Positions 9,289 through 18,623 of a DNA stretch of 64,000 nt are shown here, one piece after another; the stretch's first letter is position 1; every line of letters starts with the position of its first letter. Source of the stretch: Candidatus Micrarchaeota archaeon (GTDB taxonomy: Archaea; Micrarchaeota; Micrarchaeia; Anstonellales; Bilamarchaeaceae). Made by a program: the position numbers and the translations under genes. The notes under the pieces were generated by a model. It made no database searches and was not told the origin of the DNA. It saw only the letters and a program-made list of their open reading frames with translations. Location: the NCBI GenBank assembly GCA_016212505.1, contig JACRGB010000010.1, positions 26,758-90,757 of the forward strand, in the 5' to 3' direction.

Positions 9289-9342
9289 GCATAAGGACAC
9301 TTAGAGCGAACCGTTTTTATTGAGTATGAATCGGAGAGAAAG

Positions 9343-9720
9343 TCAGATCGATATAACTTTTTTAAATCTGCCAAAATCCTTGCGGTCTCCAGTAACGATA
9401 TGACAGTCCATAGCAGAGGCTGCCGCATAAACAAAAGAGTCGATGGCAGATAAGCCTTCCTGCAGATGGATGCTCGCTGCCTTAACTGCAAAGGGCTGAT
9501 TAATGTCAAATACAGTAGAATGCTTATTTATAGAATTGACAATTTCTTCCGCCTTTTCACGACTGGATCGCTTGGTTACCTGATACCACACCTCATAAAC
9601 ATTCAATACCGTAGTGTATATGGTATTTTTAGGGTTCTCTATTAGCTGCAATAGTTTGTCTGCTTTTTGGGTCCCTTCAAATATTTCTATCCAACCCCAG
9701 CTATCTATCAGGATATTCAA
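9343..9720 (-). CDS. vapC: PIN-domain (VapC) toxin (likely TTG start 9720)
   Basis: ILIDS...E...D...VTGD PIN acidic residues; overlaps the upstream antitoxin gene. Confidence 0.88.
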   Translation of the reverse strand: MNILIDSWGWIEIFEGTQKADKLLQLIENPKNTIYTTVLNVYEVWYQVTKRSSREKAEEIVNSINKHSTVFDINQPFAVKAASIHLQEGLSAIDSFVYAAASAMDCHIVTGDRKDFGRFKKVISI

Positions 9721-9937
9721 CCCAATCAACCCCCTGATCTTTCTTGAATTGCGCTTTAATGCCTTTAAAGGCACCAAAGAATTCCCTTATGTCTTTTACC
9801 GGTTTTATATGAATATCCTTATGAGTTTCGTCAAAGTAGATCTCCAGTTTTTTTTTGGTCCCGATTTTATCCCTAATAGATTTTGGGATTACGATTCTGC
9901 CAGAAGAATCCATTTCTACAAATTCTGAAGCCACCAA
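9701..9937 (-). CDS. vapB: AbrB/MazE-family antitoxin (VapB)
   Basis: MDSSGRIVIPKSIR swapped-hairpin motif; 78 aa, immediately upstream of the PIN gene. Confidence 0.88.
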   Translation of the reverse strand: MVASEFVEMDSSGRIVIPKSIRDKIGTKKKLEIYFDETHKDIHIKPVKDIREFFGAFKGIKAQFKKDQGVDWVEYPDR

Positions 9938-9975
9938 ATCACCATAAATACATTAAAATGGAAGAATTTAAGAAT

Positions 9976-10000
9976 CTGCCATTTTTTATAAAAATGGCAG
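9976..10000. promoter_or_regulatory. 11-bp perfect inverted repeat upstream of vapBC (operator or terminator)
   Basis: CTGCCATTTTT-TAT-AAAAATGGCAG. Confidence 0.55.
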
Positions 10001-10021
10001 GATAATATTATTTGGCATTAT

Positions 10022-10801
10022 TTAGAAAACCGAGTCCTTTATCTCTTCCTGGGTTGTCGGCGAGAAGAAATCCCACTGGAAGCATTTTATCATATCAAGA
10101 TCGCTAAGCTCACTAACATCAGAACCCAAAGAGCTTGAAAGGATGGTCTTGAGCTCTTTTGCCTGCCTTGATGCACGGGATAATGCCTCATCTCGGGTAA
10201 GGCCAAAAGCAGTAGTAGAAGCAAATGAGATCATTTCCACTGGCCGCTCACCCTGGGTTATTCTTTCCAGTAAGCGGTTCCAGTAGGCAATCTCGCGGTC
10301 CACACGCATCGCATCGTCCCGTGACATGCGCAATTCGCGGCCTTTTTTTGTTTCTGCGGTGCTGCGCTTAGTCTTAATCTCATCAACATGGTTCGAAAGG
10401 TCAAGGGTGTTGATCATCATGGTGATCTTAACTATATATTTTAGGGAACTGACTGCCTTTTCAAAAGATTCGAACATCAGTTTTTTCTCTTCGTTATTTT
10501 TATCCATGGAACTTTCGTAAAACCGTATCTCCAGGAACTTGGATACGAAATAGCCGTCCGAACTTTTTTTGACAATGCAGTCGCGGGAGGGGGGGACTTC
10601 ATAGCCATCGTGCATCTCAACTACCCGCGTGGCTTTTGTTATCATGGGTACGAAAAGGTAGCCGTATTTCCAGGTAAATAGGGTAAATGCAAAAAACACT
10701 GCAGAAACAATCGCAAGGAACGGACTAAAGATCAGGGAAAGCAAAACTGAGATGACCCCGCCTGCAAGGCAGGCCATTGTTATTGCTCGGTTTAGGAACA
10801 T
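10022..10801 (-). CDS. Two-TM membrane protein with a cytoplasmic domain resembling the non-ATPase N-terminal region of VirB4/TraC-like proteins (likely start 10801)
   Basis: Two N-terminal hydrophobic helices, then an alpha/beta region ending in ...EALSRASRQAKELKTILSSSLG-SDVSELSDLDM; family call is by eye. Confidence 0.45.
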   Translation of the reverse strand: MFLNRAITMACLAGGVISVLLSLIFSPFLAIVSAVFFAFTLFTWKYGYLFVPMITKATRVVEMHDGYEVPPSRDCIVKKSSDGYFVSKFLEIRFYESSMDKNNEEKKLMFESFEKAVSSLKYIVKITMMINTLDLSNHVDEIKTKRSTAETKKGRELRMSRDDAMRVDREIAYWNRLLERITQGERPVEMISFASTTAFGLTRDEALSRASRQAKELKTILSSSLGSDVSELSDLDMIKCFQWDFFSPTTQEEIKDSVF

Positions 10802-10867
10802 AGAAAATACATCAGGGTTGCGATTTAAAAACCTGAATATTGAATGAAGAATCAAGAGGTGTGAAGT

Positions 10868-11521
10868 ATGAAATATTTTATAGGTTTGGTATTTTTGATG
10901 CTATTAGGCAGCGTAGTATATTCAAACGAGTATTTCTATGTGAATTATAAGAACATAACTCACGATGGAGATGGAGTGGCTGCATCTGCAGGTATAGAAA
11001 ATGATAGTGGAGTAAGAGGCATCACCGCCGCTTATGGAGATAACAATTGGAACTGGAGCCAGGTTGGAATAAGATACCAGATAGGCCCGGATTATGATGC
11101 CTACGAAAACTGGAATTACACTTGGGAAAATATGAACAATGCAAGCAACCTAACTTATTTGAATTTAACAGATGACCAAGTGTCTGATGGAATAGATATG
11201 GGTTTTTATTCACACTTCTTTGGAACCACAATTAATAGAATATGGGTTTCTTCGAACGGATTTATTATTTTCGATAACTGGGTTTCACAAAATCTAAGCA
11301 GTGGGTGTTGCAGTGGACAATATATGCCAGATGGAACTGCGCCAAATTATTTAATAGCAGGATACTGGGAAGATCTTAATCCAGAAGCAGGGGGAACCAT
11401 ATCTTATGGGGTTTTCGGTAGTGCACCAAACAGGTACATGGTAGTAGAATTCAACGAAGTGCCCCATTATTACTATACAAATGCAACGGTGAGCTTCCAG
11501 ATAAAAATACCCGAACAGTAA
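10868..11521 (+). CDS. Secreted or surface beta-rich glycoprotein (nidogen/NIDO-like region)
   Basis: Signal peptide, many N-x-S/T sequons, IWVSSNGFIIF, IAGYWEDL and SFQIKI segments. Confidence 0.6.
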   Translation: MKYFIGLVFLMLLGSVVYSNEYFYVNYKNITHDGDGVAASAGIENDSGVRGITAAYGDNNWNWSQVGIRYQIGPDYDAYENWNYTWENMNNASNLTYLNLTDDQVSDGIDMGFYSHFFGTTINRIWVSSNGFIIFDNWVSQNLSSGCCSGQYMPDGTAPNYLIAGYWEDLNPEAGGTISYGVFGSAPNRYMVVEFNEVPHYYYTNATVSFQIKIPEQ

Positions 11522-11562
11522 TTTTTCTTTTTTAGTTTTTTTATTTCTTTTTTTCTTTGTTT
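11521..11562 (+). terminator. Oligo-T archaeal terminator
   Basis: Long T-run tract directly after the stop codon. Confidence 0.55.
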
Positions 11563-11603
11563 TACGATTAATAGTCGAAATAGTCAGTCGGGCACTTGCC
11601 AGC

Positions 11604-12701
11604 TCATAACGCCGAGAAAGTCTTAATTCCTATTTCGCCGCCTAAAATCGAGCCTAATTCCTTGACAAAAATGAATGTTATGGCGAGCGAGAATAATGGC
11701 GCAAATATCGCATAGAGGATGCTTTTTGAAATCGCGTTCGAATTTGCCTGCGAAAGCATAGTTATATCGCCATTAAAATCAGGGACAAAGGGCGGTATTA
11801 CCGAAACGTTTGTGGAATTAGACCCATTGCCGGGATTGGTGCTGTTAGTGCCATTTATCAGCAAGGTGGAATTGCCAAAGAAAGATTGTGTAACATTAGG
11901 ACAGAACGAACTATTTGAAAGATTTTGCTGGCAGCGACCACTCATAATGTCCAGTTTTCCGGCTATTGCATAGTTGCTATTAAGGTCTACAATAGGGATC
12001 GCTGCGTAGAAGCTGCTGTTGGTAAAATTTTGCATCAGTATAGATGAGGAGTTAAGCTCTGGCTGCGGATCCGGAAAGATCAGAATGAATGTCGGGTAAA
12101 AGAGGTAGAGGCCAAGGGCGAGTGCAATCAAAAAGCCGCCCACCCTGCGGGTGGCGAAAAAAGTCCTTAGCACAAGCCCTACCGGAAAGAGGATCGACAG
12201 AGCGCTTTGTTTTATGAAAGTAGCGATCTGGAAATTCAGACCAAAAAGTATGTTTAGCAGGTTAAATGCAAGAAGCTGGAGCGAAAGTGCTCCGGAAACC
12301 GATGAAAGGTTGGTAAAAGGCGCAATCGAAAACGAACCAAAATTGAGGGAAATTGTCTGGTAATAGCCAAGAAGGTTGAGGGTTTTTGTAAGCTGCATAA
12401 ATGATAGGAAAAGCGAGGAGTTGGCATTGCCAAGGGCGCAAAGAAGCTGCTCAACCGAAGTTCCGGGTGCGCATGCAGAGGTAACTAATGCAGAGCTTAC
12501 CCCGCCAACAAGCGCGATAATCGCTGCAAAAGATCCGATAATTGCGGCATTGATTATGGATTGGATTATTTCTTCAATCCCAAAATGCTCTATTTTTTTA
12601 TACCCAAAAGCACGGCCAACACCAAGGATGATGCCTGCAAGTATTATGGAGGCAGTAACTACAACGATTGCCACTGACATTCCTACAAAATCTTCTGCCA
12701 T
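11604..12701 (-). CDS. Polytopic membrane protein, CedA/VirB6-like (likely start 12701)
   Basis: Several TM helices; PVGLVLRTFFATRRVGGFLIALALGLYLFYP resembles the CedA-type motif; Asn-rich extracellular loop. Confidence 0.55.
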   Translation of the reverse strand: MAEDFVGMSVAIVVVTASIILAGIILGVGRAFGYKKIEHFGIEEIIQSIINAAIIGSFAAIIALVGGVSSALVTSACAPGTSVEQLLCALGNANSSLFLSFMQLTKTLNLLGYYQTISLNFGSFSIAPFTNLSSVSGALSLQLLAFNLLNILFGLNFQIATFIKQSALSILFPVGLVLRTFFATRRVGGFLIALALGLYLFYPTFILIFPDPQPELNSSSILMQNFTNSSFYAAIPIVDLNSNYAIAGKLDIMSGRCQQNLSNSSFCPNVTQSFFGNSTLLINGTNSTNPGNGSNSTNVSVIPPFVPDFNGDITMLSQANSNAISKSILYAIFAPLFSLAITFIFVKELGSILGGEIGIKTFSAL

Positions 12702-12941
12702 TAGGAAAAACAAATCACGCATTTGTTATAAAGGTTTTGGAAACACTTCTATACCATTCCAACTAAATCTGTTTGCCATGCGTGGCAAATCTCTCGAGCA
12801 TAGCTCTCGATCGCGCACGTTAATTCATTATCAGCTACGCAAAACCCGCGTCGGGCAGATTTTATTCAGATGAAGTTTTCTCCCGGTGTAGCACCTAACC
12901 GATTAATTAGTGAGCGCCAATTGTTTTGGCATAGTTCCATG

Positions 12942-13757
12942 CTATGCGATTCTTCGGAGTTCTTCAGCTGGTAGCGGATCAACTGCGATCATGAGCTGTC
13001 TTATGATATCTGCTAAAGGTGTGGCTCGAAGAAGCTGAAGCCGGTCTATAAATGTACCAAAATCAGCAGGAAGATCTGCTGGCTCGCTATCAAACGCACT
13101 TTTTATATGAGGGTGACTGGACGAATCAACAATTACTCCTAGTTTCAGGGCTGTTGATTTATCAGCAAGTTCTGCAATTTTAGGAACATAAAACTTAAGA
13201 TCGCAGGACCGATAGAAGAGTGCATTAATTGAAAGATCAGCAAGCCCGATCATTTTGGGATTTAACCTAAACAGCTCCAATATCCTAAAGAGATGATTGA
13301 AAATTCTGCCCTTATTTATAAGAGGGGCAAGATCAGTATCTTCTATCACACTATCAAGTATTGCAGAGACAACCTCCAAAAGCCGCTGATCAGCAGGATG
13401 GAAAAGAGATGCAGCCCCATAAAGGTTCTTTAAACACATCAATGTAACAAAGGTGTTCGGTGGAATTGACATTTGCTCAAGAAGAACGGTATGGCTAAAA
13501 TCATCTCCAAGATAATATTTCGCACGTGTAAAAGCAGCAATGGCGTGAGCGTTTAAAGAGGAACTATGTATTTGTGCAGTTAAGAGTGCATTACTTCTCT
13601 TATCGGCAAAGACCAGGCGATCAAAGCCGGACAAACGACTCCGAAAATCAGATGCATGCTCTCTCCTGAGGCGATTATCATTAGAGGAGATCAGCGTAAC
13701 ATTCGGCCTTAGCGGACCTAACGCCGAGTAAGTTATTGGATTTGTATAAAAAGACAT
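12942..13757 (-). CDS. Hypothetical orphan protein
   Basis: 271-aa ORF with its own TTTAAA box upstream; no motif recognised. Confidence 0.55.
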   Translation of the reverse strand: MSFYTNPITYSALGPLRPNVTLISSNDNRLRREHASDFRSRLSGFDRLVFADKRSNALLTAQIHSSSLNAHAIAAFTRAKYYLGDDFSHTVLLEQMSIPPNTFVTLMCLKNLYGAASLFHPADQRLLEVVSAILDSVIEDTDLAPLINKGRIFNHLFRILELFRLNPKMIGLADLSINALFYRSCDLKFYVPKIAELADKSTALKLGVIVDSSSHPHIKSAFDSEPADLPADFGTFIDRLQLLRATPLADIIRQLMIAVDPLPAEELRRIA

Positions 13758-13810
13758 TATAGTATAGTTATTGACACTAATTTAAAAGGGTTCTGAAGTT
13801 TTTGTGGTTG

Positions 13811-14953
13811 CTAACCAAAGGTAAAAGTATAAATCCGAAATCCTTTTCCTTTTATATTGAGAATAACCGTCCGTTGGTTATAGCCACTATCATTAACGGC
13901 ATTGTAGAGCCTAAGGCCATTTATGTGTGCAATCGCCTCATTGCCGACAAAAATCGCATCAGTACCAATATTTGTCTGGTCTTCGTTTTTATCATCAAGA
14001 GTGATGATCAAGTCGGACGGTCCGCCACCTGCAACAATATTCACAGATCGCGCTTTATAATTAAGGGCAATTTTACCTTCATTAGAAATGAGTTCACTAT
14101 GGTCTCCATTGATTTTCCATGTGCCCTCAAGATAAACCAGGTTTGGGCTTAGCCGTGCGGCCGAATCTGAAGGAAAACTATAATTTACGCTTTGCTCAGG
14201 CGGCAGGCCCTGGAGGTTTCCTATTGGTTGCCTGGCAGTACTATAACCAAGATAAATTTCCGGGGTCCCGATCTTATAAAAATCGGTATTTGAAGAAATA
14301 TTTTCCGAAACAAGAGACTCATTTGCCACTTGATTTGTTTGGTCTAATTCAGAAAGCAATTTTTGTATGTTCCGCTCTATTTCTTCATCCCCGCCCTCGC
14401 CAATGCGATCGTACCGGATAGTGCCATCCTTGTCGATAAGATAGACATGGGGCCAGTAGTGGTTATCGTAAGAGGTCCAAGTGCCATAATCATTGTCCTG
14501 GACTATTGGGTATTTTATCATGAATTTTTGGACTGCCTTAAACACATTAGCATAGTCCTTTTCAAAATCAAATTCAGGGGTATGGATTCCTATAATGACA
14601 AGCCCCTTACTTGCATATTTTTCGTACCAGGAATTAAGGTAGGGAATGGTACGGATGCAGTTGATGCAGGTATATGTCCAAAAGTCAAGCAGCACGACTT
14701 TCCCCCTATATTGGGAAAGGGTGATAGATTTGTTGTTTGTGTTTATGTAGCCGGAAATCAAATTTAGTTCTGGCGCCTGGGGATAGGAGCCTGCCGAGAC
14801 TGAGGGGCTGGGACTGGGATTCGGGATTGTTTTTGAAATGATAGCCGACTTCTGACCAGCAGCAGGACCGATTGTGATAATTGCTGCGACAATGATAAGT
14901 ACCGCAAATATCAGGATAAGATAGTTCGAAACCGAAATTTCCATAAGGATCAC
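13811..14953 (-). CDS. Membrane-anchored TlpA-like thioredoxin with DipZ-type C-terminal domain
   Basis: DFWTYTCINC, GIHTPEF, YWPHVYLID, TPEIYLG and terminal FTFG. Confidence 0.88.
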   Translation of the reverse strand: MILMEISVSNYLILIFAVLIIVAAIITIGPAAGQKSAIISKTIPNPSPSPSVSAGSYPQAPELNLISGYINTNNKSITLSQYRGKVVLLDFWTYTCINCIRTIPYLNSWYEKYASKGLVIIGIHTPEFDFEKDYANVFKAVQKFMIKYPIVQDNDYGTWTSYDNHYWPHVYLIDKDGTIRYDRIGEGGDEEIERNIQKLLSELDQTNQVANESLVSENISSNTDFYKIGTPEIYLGYSTARQPIGNLQGLPPEQSVNYSFPSDSAARLSPNLVYLEGTWKINGDHSELISNEGKIALNYKARSVNIVAGGGPSDLIITLDDKNEDQTNIGTDAIFVGNEAIAHINGLRLYNAVNDSGYNQRTVILNIKGKGFRIYTFTFG

Positions 14954-15666
14954 TTCAAAAGAAAATCATTAAGCGGAACAAAATTCGCAATCGCCGAAAG
15001 TTTTCCGGTAAATACCAGCACGCCCAGGATTATTAGCACAATCCCAAATACGATATTCAGCCATTTTAGGTATGGCATGATGAATCTTATTGCAGAGTTT
15101 GACTGCGAGATGAAAATGCCTACGAGTAGGAAGGGAATCCCTAACCCAACAGAGTAGCTTAACATAAGCGGAAATGCGCTTGCTGGATTTGTTATTGCAA
15201 GGGTGAGGATTCCACCTAAGATTGCTCCAACGCAGGGAGTCCAGCCAACTGCAAAGGCAGCACCAAAAAGAAATGAGGAGAAATAGGATGGCCTTAGGTT
15301 TGCCAGGGTAAGTTTGCGGTCAGTTTCCAGAAAAGAAAATCTTATCAAGCCAAGAAGCATCAGGCCAAAAAGTATTATGATTATTCCTCCGACATAACCA
15401 AGATAAGTCTGGACATCATATGCGATAGTGGAAAGAACGCTCTGGAGCAAAACTCCGATAATTGAAAAAATAACTGAAAAGCCTAAAACAAAAAATAAGC
15501 TGCTCAGGAGTACCCTAATCCGGGCATTCTGGGAATCGTTTTTTATTTCGTCGATGCTGGTTTTGGCAAGGAAAGTCATATACGCCGGGATGAGAGGGAG
15601 AACGCAGGGGCTAAGGAACGAGAAAAGGCCTGCAATAAAGGCCAGTATCAGGGTCAGTTCAGCCAT
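14950..15666 (-). CDS. ccdA: CcdA/DsbD-type transmembrane electron transporter
   Basis: FLSPCVLPLIP and GWTPCVG motifs; about six TM helices. Confidence 0.92.
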   Translation of the reverse strand: MAELTLILAFIAGLFSFLSPCVLPLIPAYMTFLAKTSIDEIKNDSQNARIRVLLSSLFFVLGFSVIFSIIGVLLQSVLSTIAYDVQTYLGYVGGIIIILFGLMLLGLIRFSFLETDRKLTLANLRPSYFSSFLFGAAFAVGWTPCVGAILGGILTLAITNPASAFPLMLSYSVGLGIPFLLVGIFISQSNSAIRFIMPYLKWLNIVFGIVLIILGVLVFTGKLSAIANFVPLNDFLLK

Positions 15667-15669
15667 TCC

Positions 15670-16224
15670 TTAAGTCACCTTAGATATTTCTTCTTCTATC
15701 TGATCTGCAGACCATTGCTCATTCGACCTTTTTGCAACCTTACCCTTGCTATCGAGTATTATATGTGTATGCTGGTAGGCTATGCCAAATTCTTTTGCAA
15801 GTGCATCTTCATCAGAATCAGTGTCAGAATCCTTATAGTTAACCCGGAAACCGACCACGTTTTCTTTATTTTGGCTTTTGATTTCCTTAAATGCCTCTTC
15901 AAGCGCAGGAGCTTGTGCTGCACAGGTTGGGCACCAGTTCGCATAAAATTCCAGGAATATTATTTTTCCTTCAGCCCTTGCTTCATCATAAGCTGCTTTT
16001 TCAAAAGGGCGGTAGCCGCCTTCGCTTGCTTGGCCCATTTTGCTTTTGTTAGTCCCATTATTTTGGATTTCCGTGGTTTTGTTCATCAGGGTATTTTTTT
16101 CATCAGATTTGTTCATTGAATTGTCCGTGCCTGCTTTAACCGTTGAATCTGAAATTTTGGTATTGCTAGTGCATCCTGCAATGAGCAGAGCACTGGTAAT
16201 CAATAGGATCAAGATCATTTTCAT
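15670..16224 (-). CDS. Lipoprotein thioredoxin (likely start 16224)
   Basis: LIAGC lipobox, FYANWCPTC; AGGTGA ribosome-binding site before ATG 16224. Confidence 0.85.
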   Translation of the reverse strand: MKMILILLITSALLIAGCTSNTKISDSTVKAGTDNSMNKSDEKNTLMNKTTEIQNNGTNKSKMGQASEGGYRPFEKAAYDEARAEGKIIFLEFYANWCPTCAAQAPALEEAFKEIKSQNKENVVGFRVNYKDSDTDSDEDALAKEFGIAYQHTHIILDSKGKVAKRSNEQWSADQIEEEISKVT

Positions 16225-16351
16225 AAAATCACCTAATGGCTCAGAAAAAAGCCGAATATAAACCTTTGCCCAATTCTCACCCAATTTTTGTTGTATTGCA
16301 AATTTGTCCCGGGGTTGGTAGAGATGATTTTGGCTCTACAGAGCCATGAGC

Positions 16352-16642
16352 TTATGCATCGGGTTTCCAGGTCACATAGACGAGACTGAGCAGCCCGAGT
16401 GCTTCGAGGCCATTAAGAAGGCAGGCAAAATCAGATGACCCGAAAAGGACTTCTTTCATCATGGTAGCCTGGAAGTATATGTTGGCCAAATTATGAAGTA
16501 AAATAAGCAGCGCAAAAATGATCAGGCCAAGGGAAAATTTGGACTTTAGCAAAAGAAAATTACTAATATAGACTGAAAGAAGTGCACCAAGCAATATTAT
16601 GTTAAAGATGCTGATAAATGTTGCAAGATTCCACAAGTCCAT
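16352..16642 (-). CDS. Small three-TM membrane protein
   Basis: 96 aa, three hydrophobic segments, GGAGG upstream; follows the wHTH regulator gene. Confidence 0.7.
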   Translation of the reverse strand: MDLWNLATFISIFNIILLGALLSVYISNFLLLKSKFSLGLIIFALLILLHNLANIYFQATMMKEVLFGSSDFACLLNGLEALGLLSLVYVTWKPDA

Positions 16643-16699
16643 ATACTTACCTCCAAATTGGGCTTTATTATCTTTGCCCCAAATCTCAAATGCCGCTTT

Positions 16700-17005
16700 T
16701 CATTTTTCATTATTCAATCGTTCATTAATGCGCTCTACAAACTGCTTTACCTTTGGCCGGACAAAATCATGAAGATGATAAAGTTCCCCATACCTTGCTT
16801 CTTTTGAAGCGTAGATAATTCCGTTAGAAAGCAGTATCTCCAAATGATGCCGTATGGTCTTATAGTCTAATTTGAGTTTTTGTGCAATCTGATTTGCATT
16901 GTATGGCCTTGGTGAAAGAAGAATGAGGATCTGGAGCCGGTTAGGGCCGCCTCTTGTGCCTGCGATGATATGCCAGAACAAATTATCAAGCGGATCAAGA
17001 ACCAT
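16700..17005 (-). CDS. ArsR-like winged-helix transcription regulator
   Basis: GTRGGPNR...PYNANQIA...LDYKTIRHHL...YG. Confidence 0.85.
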   Translation of the reverse strand: MVLDPLDNLFWHIIAGTRGGPNRLQILILLSPRPYNANQIAQKLKLDYKTIRHHLEILLSNGIIYASKEARYGELYHLHDFVRPKVKQFVERINERLNNEK

Positions 17006-17006
17006 T

Positions 17007-17690
17007 TTATGGCCTCACAACTGTCCTTTTTATTTTCTTGAAAACCGAAACAACCGTAGTTGTTCCTCTTACGAAAAACGGCGCTTTTCTTGTTACAAAT
17101 TTTGCTTTTTTTAATGCTCTTAGAAGAAGCTTCGGATCTTCCGCATCAAGGTCAAAATCTGGCAATTCTGTATATGTGTGGCCAAATTCCATCAAAAAAT
17201 GGCTGTCGGTTGCTGCCCCCTGAAGTTTGTTATGTTTTTTTGCAAAATCCAAAGCCAGATCATTGTAGGAATTGTGGAGGCAGCGTGCATTAAAAATTTC
17301 AACAACATCAACCTTGGATGCTTCCTCTTCAGTGGCATGTACCCCGTTTCTCCCATAATCGAACATGTGGGGGATATAAGCGATACCACCCTGCCCCCTT
17401 ATCCGGTCGAGCGCTTCCATAAATGGGGTTTTTTTCGGGATAGTTTCGGTAAGGTATAGGCCGATAAGATCTCCATGATCAGTACGAATTTCTTCGCCCG
17501 GAATAAATTGAAAATCGCGAAATTTTAAATTTGATTTGACTAGCGAACGGATTTGTTTGTGGGAATCCATTGTGTTGTGATCGGTTATTGCGGGGATTAT
17601 TCGGAGATGTTTTGATTTTGCAATAAGGTCTTTGGGATTGATTATCGAATCAGGGGAAAACTTAGTATGCACGTGGAAGTCGAATCGCAT
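17007..17690 (-). CDS. PHP-domain metal-dependent phosphoesterase (likely start 17690)
   Basis: DFHVHT, ITDHN, GEE, PH and DSH motifs. Confidence 0.9.
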   Translation of the reverse strand: MRFDFHVHTKFSPDSIINPKDLIAKSKHLRIIPAITDHNTMDSHKQIRSLVKSNLKFRDFQFIPGEEIRTDHGDLIGLYLTETIPKKTPFMEALDRIRGQGGIAYIPHMFDYGRNGVHATEEEASKVDVVEIFNARCLHNSYNDLALDFAKKHNKLQGAATDSHFLMEFGHTYTELPDFDLDAEDPKLLLRALKKAKFVTRKAPFFVRGTTTVVSVFKKIKRTVVRP

Positions 17691-17724
17691 AATGATCCTA
17701 ACTAAATAAACGAGTGGAAGGTTT

Positions 17725-18603
17725 TTAACTTGACGAACTAACGTGGACAATTGGCTCTATCAGGACTTTTTTTGCATTCTCGGAACCGGACATTGTAGTC
17801 TTTGTACCTATGACCTCGTGTCTAAATGTCGCTTCAATAAGCGCGGTTGTTGCAGCAGTGGACGGAGGACGACCAGCCCCAATATCTGCATCCAGGGCAT
17901 TCAAGTCAGTAACTATACAAAACACATACATAGGACCGGAACCGCGCTCAACCCATGCTCCCCTTGCATCCCCAGGAGTAGGATAAATGATAAAACTTTC
18001 AGGGCTTAGTGAATAATCGAGCCCATTGAAAATAAGACGGTGGTGAAGATGGTGGAGGGGCAGTGGTTCAACATCAGTAAGTAGTTTTGTAGCGCAGATT
18101 TGCCTGCCAAGAAGCGAAAAGCCGCCCAACTCCCTCCCTTGTGCGTCCCTGAAAGATAAATCAGGAGCAGCGCCCGGAGGCATACCAACAGGGTTTTCAT
18201 AAGCTATGGAAGCGGCAGCCTCAAGCAAGCGACCAAAAACGCGGTTGCGGGACCTTAATAAATGGGTATTTATTCTTGGAAGATCCCCCTGAACTTCAAG
18301 ATACACTTCTGATAGGATGGAACTATTTAGATCGGGTATCGATTTTGTAAAAGAATATATTGAAGCAACATAGAGATCAGTCAACGCTTCCCTGAGCCCC
18401 TCCCTTGCTACAAAAATCGGAGAACCCAAAGCGATCTCTACCTTAAAGCCAAAAGCTGATTGCGAAAGCGAAGCAAGAGCCTCATAGGATAGAGGAGTAC
18501 TTCTTAATGGCGCTAGATCAGGATGGCTGGCCAGAAGCCTGCAGCTGAGTTTGCCTTTGACAGCAGGAAACTCCGCCCGCATTTTTTCAAGAGTGACAGC
18601 CAT
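17725..18603 (-). CDS. Hypothetical protein, paralogue of 18624..19499 (likely start 18603)
   Basis: Collinear shared motifs with the neighbouring ORF. Confidence 0.65.
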   Translation of the reverse strand: MAVTLEKMRAEFPAVKGKLSCRLLASHPDLAPLRSTPLSYEALASLSQSAFGFKVEIALGSPIFVAREGLREALTDLYVASIYSFTKSIPDLNSSILSEVYLEVQGDLPRINTHLLRSRNRVFGRLLEAAASIAYENPVGMPPGAAPDLSFRDAQGRELGGFSLLGRQICATKLLTDVEPLPLHHLHHRLIFNGLDYSLSPESFIIYPTPGDARGAWVERGSGPMYVFCIVTDLNALDADIGAGRPPSTAATTALIEATFRHEVIGTKTTMSGSENAKKVLIEPIVHVSSSS

Positions 18604-18623
18604 AAAAATCACAAACCAATTGA

